64,000 bases of DNA from contig CAXXDQ010000007.1 in NCBI GenBank assembly GCA_963664325.2, positions 544,001 to 608,000 on the forward strand. Reading direction: 5' to 3'. This document shows positions 19,256-29,868 of this stretch, one piece after another. The position numbers and the translations under genes are program-made. The stretch's first letter is position 1, and each line of letters opens with the position of its first letter. Under the pieces are notes generated by a model. That model was not told the origin of the DNA, did no database searches, and worked only from the letters and a program-made list of their open reading frames with translations. The stretch is from Desulfomonilia bacterium. GTDB lineage: Bacteria; Desulfobacterota; Desulfomonilia; UBA1062.

Positions 19256-21023
19256 CAGGCCCGAACTGGAGGTTATAGAGTCTTGTGTAATAACCGTCCT
19301 TTGCCAGCAGTTCCTCGTGAGTGCCTTCCTCAACGATAACACCGCTGTTCAGGGCAATTATCCTGTCAGCCCCCTGTATGGTCGAAAGCCTGTGGGCGAT
19401 GATAAATGTAGTCCTGTTTTCCATAAGCCTGTTAAGCGCTGCATGAACCTCTATCTCGCTTTCCGTGTCAAGCGAGGAAGTGGCTTCATCAAGCACAAGG
19501 ATCGGCGCATTCTTCATTATTGCCCTGGCTATGCATATGCGCTGCATCTGCCCCCCTGAAAGCCTGACACCCGCCTCGCCCGCTATGGTTTCATATCCAT
19601 CAGGCATTTCCATGATGAAATCATGTGCATTTGCGGCCCTGGAAGCCTCGATTATCGTTTCCAGCGGGGCATCCTGCGACCCATATGCAATGTTGGCCCT
19701 TATCGTGTCGTTAAACAGGATGTTTTTCTGTTCCACCATTGCGATGTTGGCCCTGAGAGATTTAATGGTCAGGTCGCGTACGTCATATCCGTCAATCGTT
19801 ATCGCGCCTGATGTAACATCATAGAACCTGGGCAGGAGGTTCGCTATTGTTGTCTTTCCCGCACCAGACTCTCCTACAAAGGCTATCTTAGCGCCCTTGG
19901 GGGCCTTGAAGCTTATACCCTGAAGGGCGTATTCGTCCCCGTCATAACTGAACGTCACATCCCTGTACTCGACCACGCCCTTGGAAATCCCAAGGTCTTT
20001 AGCGTCAGGTTTTTCATCCATATCAGGCTTTTCATCAATTACATCAAATATCCTTTTGGCAGCAGTAACACCTTCCTGGATTTCAATGCTCACCTCGTTA
20101 AGTTTCTTTATCGGCTGGTAGAGCATGAAAAGTGCGCCCATGAAAGAAAAGAACTGCCCTACAGTCATCTGAGCGTTTATAACCCTGGTGCCGCCCATGA
20201 CAACAATTGCCGCTGCGGCACACCCGCCAAGAAATTCCATCAATGGCGATGCAATACCCCTAATCCTCAGCCGCTTCATCCAGTTCCGGTAAAATTTATG
20301 ATTGTATTCTGCGAACCTTTCATATTCATATTCTTCCATTCCAAAAGCTTTGACAATACGCACACCCGATATGGCTTCATCCAGGACGGTATTGATGTCG
20401 CCCATCACCTCCATGCTTCTTTTCGCATAACGTTTAATCTTCTTCCTGAGACGGTTCATTAAAATAACAACTGCCGGAAACGTCAGAGCGGCAACCGCCG
20501 CGAGTTTCCAGTCGAGATAAAAGACATATCCGATCAGTCCTATCACCGTAAAGCTGTCCTTTACGAAACTCGTCACGGCGCTTGTCACCGAGGCCTGGAC
20601 CATATTGACGTCATTTGTAATCCTGGACATCAGTATGCCGGTGGGTGTCCTGACAAAGTACCTCAGCGACAGCGACTGTATATGAGAATAAAGAAGGTTC
20701 CTTAAATCCTTGATTATTTTCTGGCCGATGTCTGCCATCAGGTAATATCTTCCATAATCACTGAGGTTTTTTGTAAAAAATACCGCCACGATCGCCAGCG
20801 ACAGCAGATAAAGAAGGTTCTTTCTCTTGTTCACAAAAATATAGTTGATGACCGGTTCTATCAGTTTGGCCTGAAGCAGCACACAACCTGCCACGACAGC
20901 CATGAGCAAAATGGCAAGTATCAGCTCCTTCTTGTACGGGCCGAGAAAACCGATCAGCCTTGTATATATTTTGAGATCGCTAACAGTTATCTTAACCTTT
21001 AGGTTGTCAGTTCCTTCACCCAT
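19245..21023 (-). CDS. msbA: lipid A flippase, ABC transporter
   Basis: TMD fused to NBD (GESGAGKT, LSGGQ, LDEATSSLD); lies between lpxB and lpxK. Confidence 0.9.
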   Translation of the reverse strand: MGEGTDNLKVKITVSDLKIYTRLIGFLGPYKKELILAILLMAVVAGCVLLQAKLIEPVINYIFVNKRKNLLYLLSLAIVAVFFTKNLSDYGRYYLMADIGQKIIKDLRNLLYSHIQSLSLRYFVRTPTGILMSRITNDVNMVQASVTSAVTSFVKDSFTVIGLIGYVFYLDWKLAAVAALTFPAVVILMNRLRKKIKRYAKRSMEVMGDINTVLDEAISGVRIVKAFGMEEYEYERFAEYNHKFYRNWMKRLRIRGIASPLMEFLGGCAAAAIVVMGGTRVINAQMTVGQFFSFMGALFMLYQPIKKLNEVSIEIQEGVTAAKRIFDVIDEKPDMDEKPDAKDLGISKGVVEYRDVTFSYDGDEYALQGISFKAPKGAKIAFVGESGAGKTTIANLLPRFYDVTSGAITIDGYDVRDLTIKSLRANIAMVEQKNILFNDTIRANIAYGSQDAPLETIIEASRAANAHDFIMEMPDGYETIAGEAGVRLSGGQMQRICIARAIMKNAPILVLDEATSSLDTESEIEVHAALNRLMENRTTFIIAHRLSTIQGADRIIALNSGVIVEEGTHEELLAKDGYYTRLYNLQFGPDDD

Positions 21024-22090
21024 TCCGCCACCATCAAAGAGGCCTTTTCTCCCTGTAGGTTCTGCCTCAGTTCCGTAAAGGCTTTTTTTGCATTGTCGAA
21101 CAGTTCCCTGTCTTCAATGAATCTCAAGAGTTCCAGAGCCAGTCCTTCTGCGGTAAAATCATGCTGGATTAGCTCTGGCGCCACTTTTCTGCCTAAAGCA
21201 ATATTCGGCATACCTATACACTCAACCTTAACAAAAAGACGCGCAAGCAAATAATTAATGCAGGAGGTCTTATAGCAGATCACCTCAGGAATACCTTTTA
21301 TTGCGGTTTCAAAAGAAGCCGTACCCGACTTTACCATTGCCATGTCTGCATCTGGGATGCCGCTTACCGGCTTTATATCGCTATCCAGGAATTTTTTCAC
21401 AAATATCTCATCAAGACCTTTTGCAATGGGAATAACCCACTCAAGGCCATCTATCTTTGAACTGATTATCTTTTTTGCACCGATCATTACAGGCAGCATA
21501 CGCACAATCTCGTCTTTCCTGCTTCCCGGCATTATGGCAATCCTCTTTACGGGCCAGGATGCATCAGAGGGCTTTGTAATGTTTTCCTCAAGAAACGGGT
21601 GTCCTACATATTTTACATTTACGCCGCTTTTACGGAAAAAAGCCTCCTCGAACGGGAAAATCACTGCCAGACCGTCCGTTATTTTAGCAAGCGTCCTTGC
21701 CCTGTAAGCCCTCCATGCCCATGCCTGAGGGGCTATGTAATACAGGACCTTTACCCTGTGCTTTTTCGCAAAGCCTGCAAGTCTCATATTAAAATCAGGC
21801 AGGTCCACAGGAATGAACACATCGGGCTTCATGGTCCGGATTATTTTTTTCAGCCCGGAGTAAACTTTTAGAATACCAAGAAGTTTCGGCAGAACCTCGG
21901 AGAACCCCATGACCGAAAGCTCTTTCATGGAATATATAATCTCCACACCTGCTTCTTCCATTTCATGCCCGCCCATTCCGAATATACGGACATCCGGAAT
22001 TATACGCCTTATCTGTCTGACAACACTGGCGGCATGACGGTCCGCACTTTCTTCTCCGGCGGTTATCAGAATTCTCGGGGTAGTTTTCAT
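20999..22090 (-). CDS. lpxB: lipid-A-disaccharide synthase
   Basis: AGEESAD, DLPDFN, PQAWAWR, GHP and PGSR motifs. Confidence 0.95.
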   Translation of the reverse strand: MKTTPRILITAGEESADRHAASVVRQIRRIIPDVRIFGMGGHEMEEAGVEIIYSMKELSVMGFSEVLPKLLGILKVYSGLKKIIRTMKPDVFIPVDLPDFNMRLAGFAKKHRVKVLYYIAPQAWAWRAYRARTLAKITDGLAVIFPFEEAFFRKSGVNVKYVGHPFLEENITKPSDASWPVKRIAIMPGSRKDEIVRMLPVMIGAKKIISSKIDGLEWVIPIAKGLDEIFVKKFLDSDIKPVSGIPDADMAMVKSGTASFETAIKGIPEVICYKTSCINYLLARLFVKVECIGMPNIALGRKVAPELIQHDFTAEGLALELLRFIEDRELFDNAKKAFTELRQNLQGEKASLMVAEWVKELTT

Positions 22091-22119
22091 TTTTCTGCTG
22101 ATACGAAAGAAAAACCGGA

Positions 22120-23049
22120 TTACTTCTCCGGCAGTATCATGTTCTGCTTGATCATATGGGCTACCTTTATTGCATTAAGCCCGGCAGTTCCGTCGACAAC
22201 GACTTCCGATATACCTTTTACCGCATCGATAAAAGACCTTATCTCTGATTTGAGGGCATCGGATTCAGACATTTCCAGCCTTTTGTGCCCGATTTTCTTG
22301 TCCTCGCTCAATGTGAATATATCGACAGCGTTCTTTGCGAAATCGATAGATATGTATGCATCAGGCTGGAATATTCGAATCTTTCTCATTACATCTGCTG
22401 AAATACGGCTTGCAGTAATATTGGCTATGCAGCCCGACTCAAAGCGAAGCCTTGCATTTGCGATGTCGATGGTGTTCGTAAGCACAGGTACGCCTACCGC
22501 CTCAACCGATATGATATCTGAACGCACCAGGGAAAGAATGATGTCTATATCATGGATCATCAGGTCCAGTATAACATCCACATCCGTACCCCTTTCCTTG
22601 AAAGTGCTGATTCTGTGAACTTCAATGAACATGGGCTTTGTAATGCTGTCCTTGAGATTGGCGAATGCGGGGTTGAACCTTTCAAGATGACCTATCTGCA
22701 TCAGCGCCCCGCCTTGCTTGGCCGCATTTATGATTGCCTGTGATTCTTCAATTGTCGCACTCATTGGCTTTTCCAGCAGAACCGCTTTGCCTTTAAGTAA
22801 AAACGGGATGGCGACTTTGCAATGTAAGGATGTTGGGACGACAATGCTGACCGCATCCACTTTCTCAATTATTTCCGAGAAATCGGTAACGGCGGAGGTT
22901 CCTGTTTCCAGTGCAATCTCTTTGGCCCTGTCAGGATCAATATCCGCCACAGCAATCAGCTCGACATCGTCCATTGCCGCATATTTCTGCGCATGAAACC
23001 TGCCGAGATAACCAACACCGATAACCGCTGCCTTAATCTTTTCTTTCAT
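22120..23049 (-). CDS. gnnA: Gfo/Idh/MocA oxidoreductase, probable UDP-GlcNAc 3-dehydrogenase
   Basis: GVGYLGRFHA, EKP, GHLERFNPA and DLMIHDID motifs; position between lpxA and lpxB. Confidence 0.7.
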   Translation of the reverse strand: MKEKIKAAVIGVGYLGRFHAQKYAAMDDVELIAVADIDPDRAKEIALETGTSAVTDFSEIIEKVDAVSIVVPTSLHCKVAIPFLLKGKAVLLEKPMSATIEESQAIINAAKQGGALMQIGHLERFNPAFANLKDSITKPMFIEVHRISTFKERGTDVDVILDLMIHDIDIILSLVRSDIISVEAVGVPVLTNTIDIANARLRFESGCIANITASRISADVMRKIRIFQPDAYISIDFAKNAVDIFTLSEDKKIGHKRLEMSESDALKSEIRSFIDAVKGISEVVVDGTAGLNAIKVAHMIKQNMILPEK

Positions 23050-23110
23050 CTTTTGGATTTGCCTTTCAGTCCCGTGCCCTTGCGCCCGATTGAAAATTCC
23101 GTGCCTTGTC

Positions 23111-23890
23111 CTACCTTGCAATTCCCCTCTCGGAGCCTTTTATGAATTCAACAATTCTCATTACTTCGGGAATTCCTGCAAATTCGGCTTCAATTTTTGC
23201 AGCAGCATCCTTCAACTGCAGCCCTCTTTTAAATATCAGGCGATATGCATTGCCGATTGCCGTTATGGCATCATCCGAAAAACCGTTTCTTTTGAGTCCT
23301 ATTGTATTAATTCCGAAAATCTTTGCCCTGTTCCCCTGTGCCTTGGCATAGGGAAGCACATCCATTCCCACCATAGAACCGCCGCCCAGTATACAGTAGG
23401 CGCCGATCTTGGTGAACTGATGTATGGCTGAAAGCCCGCCTATTATCGCCCTGTCGTCCACATGAACATGTCCGGCAAGCGTGGCCAGATTCCCCATGAC
23501 TATGTTGTTTCCCACCTGGCAGTCATGCGCTACATGGCAGTACGCCATAAGCAGGTTGTCGCTGCCTATCCTGGTTACTCCCCCGCCGCCAACGGTCCCG
23601 CGGTTCAGAGTAACAAATTCCCTTATTATATTATTATCCCCTATCTCCAGCCTTGTCTTTTCCCCTTTATATTTCAAGTCCTGAGGAGGGCCGCCTGCAC
23701 TGACATATCCTTCCAGCCTGCATCCTTTGCCTATAACCACCGCCCCCTGAATCATCGTATAGGGCCCTATATATGAGCCTTCACCGATCTCGACATCGTC
23801 CCCGATTATGCAATAGGGACCGATCTCAACATTTTCGTGGATAATGGCCTTTTTCGATATATCGGAAGTTGACTTAATCCTTGGCATCAA
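23111..23890 (-). CDS. lpxA: UDP-N-acetylglucosamine acyltransferase
   Basis: Hexapeptide repeats, PQDLKY, HVAHDC, LAGHV and HQF motifs. Confidence 0.96.
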   Translation of the reverse strand: MMPRIKSTSDISKKAIIHENVEIGPYCIIGDDVEIGEGSYIGPYTMIQGAVVIGKGCRLEGYVSAGGPPQDLKYKGEKTRLEIGDNNIIREFVTLNRGTVGGGGVTRIGSDNLLMAYCHVAHDCQVGNNIVMGNLATLAGHVHVDDRAIIGGLSAIHQFTKIGAYCILGGGSMVGMDVLPYAKAQGNRAKIFGINTIGLKRNGFSDDAITAIGNAYRLIFKRGLQLKDAAAKIEAEFAGIPEVMRIVEFIKGSERGIAR

Positions 23891-24878
23891 GCCTCCTTTC
23901 CAGTTCCTGCACCCTTTTTAAAAGCTCGGGCAGGTTTTTAACAACAGCCTGGACCCTCAGCCATCTCTTGTGGTCCATTGCCGGAGCGCCGGATACCATC
24001 GATCCGGCTTTGAGATCGTTGTGAACACCCGCCCTGGACGCCACTACGCAGCCGTCTCCAATGGTTACGTGTCCGACTATACCGCTCTGTCCTGCTAGAG
24101 TAACATGCCGGCCCAGCTTCGAGCTCCCGGCTATGCCGGTCTGGGCCACTATTATCGAGTGATCACCCACAGTGACATTATGGGCAATATGAACCATATC
24201 GTCTATTTTGACATCATTTCCGATTACGGTTTCAGTCAACGCGGCCCTGTCTATGGTGCAGTTGGCGCCGATTTCAACAAAGTCACCTATTTTCACTATA
24301 CCTTTTTGCGGAATCTTGAGGTGCCTCTCACCGTCCCATACAAAACCGAACCCGTCGCCGCCTATGACTGTACCGGAATGTATTATGCACTCCCTGCCGA
24401 TGGCGCAACCGTCATAAACAACCACGTTCGGATACAGTATGCACCCGGCTGAAATCCTGCAACCGTCTCCGATAAAGCAGCCAGGGTATATCACGCATTT
24501 TTCGCCTATCTCTGAATTCTCGCCAACATAGACACTGGGGAAAACTGTCGAACTCCTTCCGACAACTGTTTTGGCACCTATAAAGGCCATTTCGGATATG
24601 CCCGGTTTGTGCAACCTTTCAGGGTACAGTAGCTTCAGGGTATTGGCAAAGCCAATATAGGGATTTGCCATGACTATCTGTGGAATATCCTTATCTATCA
24701 AGGATGATACTATTATGGCGCCTGCCTTGGAGGTAAGCGCCTTTTTTGCATATTTGGGATTTGAAAGAAATGAAATTTCATCCGGACCCGCTTCATCCAG
24801 AGAAGAAATCCCGGTAATCTCTACATCCTTACCTTTCAGTACACCGCCGATAGCGTCTGATATTCTGGATAGAAGCAT
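23874..24878 (-). CDS. lpxD: UDP-3-O-acylglucosamine N-acyltransferase
   Basis: DGFGF, IDRA and KIDDMVHIAHN motifs; hexapeptide repeats. Confidence 0.96.
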   Translation of the reverse strand: MLLSRISDAIGGVLKGKDVEITGISSLDEAGPDEISFLSNPKYAKKALTSKAGAIIVSSLIDKDIPQIVMANPYIGFANTLKLLYPERLHKPGISEMAFIGAKTVVGRSSTVFPSVYVGENSEIGEKCVIYPGCFIGDGCRISAGCILYPNVVVYDGCAIGRECIIHSGTVIGGDGFGFVWDGERHLKIPQKGIVKIGDFVEIGANCTIDRAALTETVIGNDVKIDDMVHIAHNVTVGDHSIIVAQTGIAGSSKLGRHVTLAGQSGIVGHVTIGDGCVVASRAGVHNDLKAGSMVSGAPAMDHKRWLRVQAVVKNLPELLKRVQELERRLDAKD

Positions 24879-25478
24879 TTATTTCTTGGGTTTGTCCTTT
24901 GTGGTATTTGTTGCCGGTGCAGGGGTCTTGGTGGCTTCCTGAGCTTTTTCTTTTGCAAGGTTATCCAGGTATACCTTGTCAAATTCATCCAGTATAGCCT
25001 GCGTAATATCCATATTGTCAGGAGCAAACACCAAAGCTTCCCTGACTATAATAAAATCGAAACCGTTTTTCTTTGCATACTCGTTTATCATTACAATAAG
25101 GGCTTCCTGCATCGGTCTGACCAGAGAAGCTTTTTTCGTCTGAAGTTCATTATCTGCACTATCTTCGAACTTCTTGAGCTCCTGTGTGGCCTGCTGATAC
25201 TGTTTCATCAGTTTCGATTTAGCATCGGCTTTCATGGCAGGGGTTTCAGCACTGATCTGGTCGCTTAATGTTTTTATTTTCTGGTAATATTTCTCGGCCT
25301 CAGTCTGTTTTTCCTGATAAATTTTGTTCATCGTGGCCTGGATCGATTTACCCTGCTTGCTTTCATTCATCACCTTGTTCATGTCAATGGTACCGATTTT
25401 ATTTCCCTCGGCATATGCCAGGTTTGCAAAGAAAACAACCATCAGACACGTAACCGCTAATAATGCCAACCTTTTCAT
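24879..25478 (-). CDS. skp: OmpH/Skp periplasmic chaperone
   Basis: Signal peptide, KIGTIDM, coiled coil, DIT..IL; lies between bamA and lpxD. Confidence 0.9.
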   Translation of the reverse strand: MKRLALLAVTCLMVVFFANLAYAEGNKIGTIDMNKVMNESKQGKSIQATMNKIYQEKQTEAEKYYQKIKTLSDQISAETPAMKADAKSKLMKQYQQATQELKKFEDSADNELQTKKASLVRPMQEALIVMINEYAKKNGFDFIIVREALVFAPDNMDITQAILDEFDKVYLDNLAKEKAQEATKTPAPATNTTKDKPKK

Positions 25479-25498
25479 AAATACCTCCATCCTTATTT

Positions 25499-27970
25499 TT
25501 AGAAAAACGCCCCTATCGTGAAATCCCATTTACCAGAGGGTTCATAGTCTTCGGGGTTGATTATCCATCCGTATTCAAGCCTTAAAGGCCCCATGGGTGT
25601 TACCCATCTTAATCCCACACCATATGATTTTTTCAAATTTTCCAGATCGATCGTGTTATTGAATGCATTGCCCGCATCAAGAAATACAACACCTGAAAGA
25701 CCCGGTACGGTGCCGATCGGGAAGGTTATTTCCGCATTAAACACCACCATTCTGTTGCCGCCGACGACATTTCCATAATTGTCCCTTGGACCGACATCTC
25801 CATAATCGAACCCGCGTATCGTATTCATGCCGCCAAGGGTAAACAGTTCAGATGTAGGCACAGCCTGACCGTCCCCGCCGTTGATTGTTCCCCACCTTCC
25901 CTTCAGCATGAGGGCAAAGATATTTTTATACAGCGGGAAAAACTGAGCCAGATTCGCTGTTGACCTTGTAAAGTGGTAATCGCCACCCAATCCCGCATAT
26001 TCCATAGATACCGATGCATCCATCCCGCGTGTCGGACGGTAGAAATCATTTGTTGTAACCCTTGAAATCGTATTAGTAATGCTGCTGTTAAGGCCCCCGT
26101 TGATTTCCACCGGTGTCAACCAGTATTCATATGACGTGTCCACATCCGTTAGAGGCAAAATATAATCGTAGTTATATATGATATTATATCTCACCTCTTC
26201 AATGATCGGGAAGCTCAAACCGACTGAAAAACCCCTTGACTCCCTGGTGTAATAACTCAGGACGCGTTCCTGGTTATAGACTCTTCCGCTTACGGCAACC
26301 GGATAATCAAACAACCACGGCTCCTGTAAATATATGTTGTAGTTTTTCCTTTTGGCACCATATTCAATACTTGCCTTGCTTCTTAACCCGGTCCCGAAAA
26401 GATTGTTTTCACTGACTTCCACCTGTCCCATGAATTCATCGATACTTGAATAAGCCACACCAAAGGTAAAAGCCCCGGTCGGATTCTCCTCCACATCTAC
26501 CACGAGATCCATTTCGTCTTCCAGTTCGCTTGGAACCTGGTTAATGTCCACTTTGGAAAAATATCCGAGCCTGTTCAGGTTGTCTCTGCTGTCTCTCAGT
26601 TTTGTAGACGAAAAGAGAGAAGTCTCCTGTAATTTCAATTCCCTTCTAATAACCTTGTCGCGGGTTTTCTTGTTGTTCCTTATAAGCACTTCATCGATAT
26701 GAACCGGCTTGTTTTGCTTTATGTTAAGGGTCATGTCTATTACATTGCCCTCTCTTTCTGTCGTAACAGGTTTAATCTGGACATAGGCATAGCCCTTGTC
26801 CATATAAATATCCCTGACCTTTTCAATGCCGGCATACAGTTCCATTTTACTCATGATATCGCCCTTTTCCATTCCAAGGGCATCGAGTATTTTCTTCTTG
26901 GGAACAATAAGCTCACCTTCCGCATCGATATTCCCCAGTGTAAACAAAGGGCCCTGTTCCACCGGTATCGTTATAAAAATCCCCTTGTCTTCCTTTATTT
27001 CAACTTTGGGCCTGCCCACCTTGGCCTGAAGATAGCCCTGGTTCCCAAAGTATTCTTCAAGTCTCAACAGGTCCGTGTCCATTTCGCTTTCCGTGTATGC
27101 CCCCCTGTCTGAAAGCCAGTCCATCGGATTCCACCATCTCCTGTTTTGGGTCTTCATTGATTTCTTCATCCCGGAATACGGGTCGGTCCACGGCTCGTAC
27201 CAGGGGCTCTTCAGCGTTACACCGTCAAACGAAACCCTTTTCACCCACAGTTTCTTATTTTCCTTGATAATAAATGTGAGTATTATTCCTCCATCGGTTT
27301 CTTTGGTTTCAGTTTCCACCTCAACATTGTAATACCCCTTTTCCCTGTAAAGGGCCTTTATCCTGTCAACAGCTGTTTTAAGCGAACGTGTGTTGAGTAT
27401 ATCGAATTTCTTCACCTCTGAAGACTCTAGGATTTTTTTCTCTTCCACCTTTTTGTTGCCTTTAATCTCAATTTTCACGACAACGGGATATTCCGTTACA
27501 TTAAAAGACAGGATATTATTCTCGCTCGATGCATTACAACTCTCAAAATATCCCATAGCGTATATTTCCTCAATATCTTTTCTGACAGCAAGCCTGTGTA
27601 TTATATCACCGGGAGCCGTCCTTATCCTGAACCTTATGGCATCATTTGATATACGCTTGGTGCCGCTTATTTTAATTTCCTTTACAACACATACATCTTT
27701 CATCCTGAGATAGCCGTTGGCCGCATCCGGCATTGTCGCAGCCTTATAACCAACACCTTCCGAATCCTTAACTTCAACAAGCCCTTCTTTCGAGAGGACC
27801 TCAATTTTTAACGGGGCCGCATCCTTGAAAGTCACACATGGTACATCGGAAAGGAAATCGGTTAATTCCTTATCGCCGGAAAATATTTCAATATCTGCTG
27901 CAGCCAGACATACAGGTATTAAAAGTATCAAAATGAGTGCTGAGAAGAACCTACAGATCATGTTGCTCAA
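25499..27970 (-). CDS. bamA: outer membrane protein assembly factor
   Basis: POTRA repeats (KTRDKVIRRE), IRGF motif, GLRW.TPMGPLRLEYG and terminal F. Confidence 0.95.
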   Translation of the reverse strand: MSNMICRFFSALILILLIPVCLAAADIEIFSGDKELTDFLSDVPCVTFKDAAPLKIEVLSKEGLVEVKDSEGVGYKAATMPDAANGYLRMKDVCVVKEIKISGTKRISNDAIRFRIRTAPGDIIHRLAVRKDIEEIYAMGYFESCNASSENNILSFNVTEYPVVVKIEIKGNKKVEEKKILESSEVKKFDILNTRSLKTAVDRIKALYREKGYYNVEVETETKETDGGIILTFIIKENKKLWVKRVSFDGVTLKSPWYEPWTDPYSGMKKSMKTQNRRWWNPMDWLSDRGAYTESEMDTDLLRLEEYFGNQGYLQAKVGRPKVEIKEDKGIFITIPVEQGPLFTLGNIDAEGELIVPKKKILDALGMEKGDIMSKMELYAGIEKVRDIYMDKGYAYVQIKPVTTEREGNVIDMTLNIKQNKPVHIDEVLIRNNKKTRDKVIRRELKLQETSLFSSTKLRDSRDNLNRLGYFSKVDINQVPSELEDEMDLVVDVEENPTGAFTFGVAYSSIDEFMGQVEVSENNLFGTGLRSKASIEYGAKRKNYNIYLQEPWLFDYPVAVSGRVYNQERVLSYYTRESRGFSVGLSFPIIEEVRYNIIYNYDYILPLTDVDTSYEYWLTPVEINGGLNSSITNTISRVTTNDFYRPTRGMDASVSMEYAGLGGDYHFTRSTANLAQFFPLYKNIFALMLKGRWGTINGGDGQAVPTSELFTLGGMNTIRGFDYGDVGPRDNYGNVVGGNRMVVFNAEITFPIGTVPGLSGVVFLDAGNAFNNTIDLENLKKSYGVGLRWVTPMGPLRLEYGWIINPEDYEPSGKWDFTIGAFF

Positions 27971-28640
27971 GCATTCCTCCCCTCAGCAGCAAGGTCCTGT
28001 CCATAAGTCTTGCCAGATCATGGTTATGAGTGACTACAACCATTGTAATGCCCATATCCTTTTTAAGTTTTACAAGCAGTTGCGCCATCATTTCTCCTGT
28101 TGAAGGATCAAGATCCCCTGTCGGCTCGTCTGCAAGCAGCACCTCGGGTGACATCATCAATGCCCTTGCGAGGGCGACCCTCTGCTGTTCTCCTCCTGAG
28201 AGTTCCCCGGGTTTGTGAGTAGCCCTCTCGGCGAGCCCAACTTTATCAAGAAGTTCAAGGGCTGTTTCTTTTGCCTTTTTTATATATCCGGACGAAATAA
28301 GGTAGGGTACATAAATATTTTCAAGAGCAGTAAATTCAGGAAGAAGAAAATGGAATTGAAAAACAAAGCCTATCATTCTGTTCCTAATTGCAGACAGATC
28401 ATTGTCCTTCATCATACAGATGTTTTTATCACCGTAATAAATGTTCCCGCTTTCAGGCTTTTCCAACCCGCCAAGAAGATGGAGAAGAGTGCTCTTGCCC
28501 GTTCCGGACGCACCGATGACAGCAACTCCCTCACCTTTTTTCACATCGAGATCAAGTCCCTTGAGGACCTCGATCCTGTGCTTTCCCTTATGGAATGTTT
28601 TAAAGAGACCGAGGGCACTGACCGACGTATCAGCCTTCAT
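27951..28640 (-). CDS. lolD: lipoprotein-releasing ABC transporter ATPase
   Basis: GASGTGKST, GFVFQFH.LLPEF, LSGGEQQRVA and DEPTG motifs. Confidence 0.92.
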   Translation of the reverse strand: MKADTSVSALGLFKTFHKGKHRIEVLKGLDLDVKKGEGVAVIGASGTGKSTLLHLLGGLEKPESGNIYYGDKNICMMKDNDLSAIRNRMIGFVFQFHFLLPEFTALENIYVPYLISSGYIKKAKETALELLDKVGLAERATHKPGELSGGEQQRVALARALMMSPEVLLADEPTGDLDPSTGEMMAQLLVKLKKDMGITMVVVTHNHDLARLMDRTLLLRGGMLEQHDL

Positions 28641-29868
28641 ATCGGAGCACCTCTACAGGGTCCTGCCCTGCTGCCTGCCTGGCAGGATATATCGTGGCAA
28701 AAAACGAAAGCAGTACCGCACTTAAGGCAATAACGGCAATTTCGACGGGGAAGACCCTTGTGGGAAGACCTGTAATGTAATACACGTCCTTTGGCATTAC
28801 CTCTATTCCGAAAATAAATTCTACCGCGTTCACGACGGGGTTCAGGTTATAGGTAAGGGTAAGCCCTAAAACAAGTCCCAGGATTGTTCCGCTCAAGCCT
28901 ATCACCATGCCCATTGTCACGAAAATACCAAGTATCTGCCTCGATGTAGCCCCCATCGATTTGAGTATTGCAATCTCTTTTCTCTTTTCCATTACCAGCA
29001 TAATCAGCATGCTTATTATGCTGAATACAGCCACAAGGATAATGAACAGCAGAATTATCCACATCACAACCTTCTCCATTTTAAGGGCGGAGAACAGGCT
29101 TCTGTTCATTTCCTTCCATGTTGTAGCCCAGTATCCGGGTCCTATTTTTTCAAGAATTTCATTTGCGATCGAACCAGCCTGATAAATATTCTTGACCTTG
29201 ATTTCAATCCCTGTGGGCACATCCTTCATCATCAGTTTCATAGCAGCAGGCAGAGTGATATAAACCATGTTCGAATCATATTCATACATGCCTGTTGAGA
29301 AAATCCCCTTTACCGTAAAACTGATCGACTTGGGCATTAACCCCAGAGGCGTCACTATACCCGTAGGTGATACCAGCGTAACCACATCCCCGGTCGCAGC
29401 TCCCATTTTTTTTGTAAGCTCGGAACCCAGCAGGATATCGGCCTCACCCATCTCCTTTAAAGGCATGCCGTTTTTTATAATGTCCTGAAGCCTTATAACC
29501 CTTGCCGCCGTTGCCGTATCTATACCCCTGATAACGACACCTTTGACCTCACCCGATGCAGACATCAGTCCTTCCGAGAGTATAAACGGCGTCGCCCCCT
29601 CTACGCCTTTGACAGACATTATACCAGGCAGGATTTTATCGGGGTCAGTCATCCTGTCACTCAGGCTTGTAACGACGATATGGGACTGTGTCCCGAGAAG
29701 CTTGGCCTTTATGTCCTCTTCAAAGCCGTTCATGACCGAAATAACCACTATCAGCGCCATGACGCCGATGGCGATCCCGAAGACTGACAGGGCAGACGTG
29801 AAGCTTATGAATCCCTGGCTTTTTTTTGCCCTCAGGTATTTGCGTGCAACAAAAAACTCGAATCTCAG
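28630..29868 (-). CDS. lolE: lipoprotein-releasing ABC transporter permease (LolC/E); probable CTG start
   Basis: The frame extends 36 codons upstream of the ORF-track ATG as (L)[21 protein letters not shown]; AGGAG lies 7 nt before CTG at 29868; C-terminal [14 protein letters not shown]. Confidence 0.88.
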   Translation of the reverse strand: MRFEFFVARKYLRAKKSQGFISFTSALSVFGIAIGVMALIVVISVMNGFEEDIKAKLLGTQSHIVVTSLSDRMTDPDKILPGIMSVKGVEGATPFILSEGLMSASGEVKGVVIRGIDTATAARVIRLQDIIKNGMPLKEMGEADILLGSELTKKMGAATGDVVTLVSPTGIVTPLGLMPKSISFTVKGIFSTGMYEYDSNMVYITLPAAMKLMMKDVPTGIEIKVKNIYQAGSIANEILEKIGPGYWATTWKEMNRSLFSALKMEKVVMWIILLFIILVAVFSIISMLIMLVMEKRKEIAILKSMGATSRQILGIFVTMGMVIGLSGTILGLVLGLTLTYNLNPVVNAVEFIFGIEVMPKDVYYITGLPTRVFPVEIAVIALSAVLLSFFATIYPARQAAGQDPVEVLRYEG

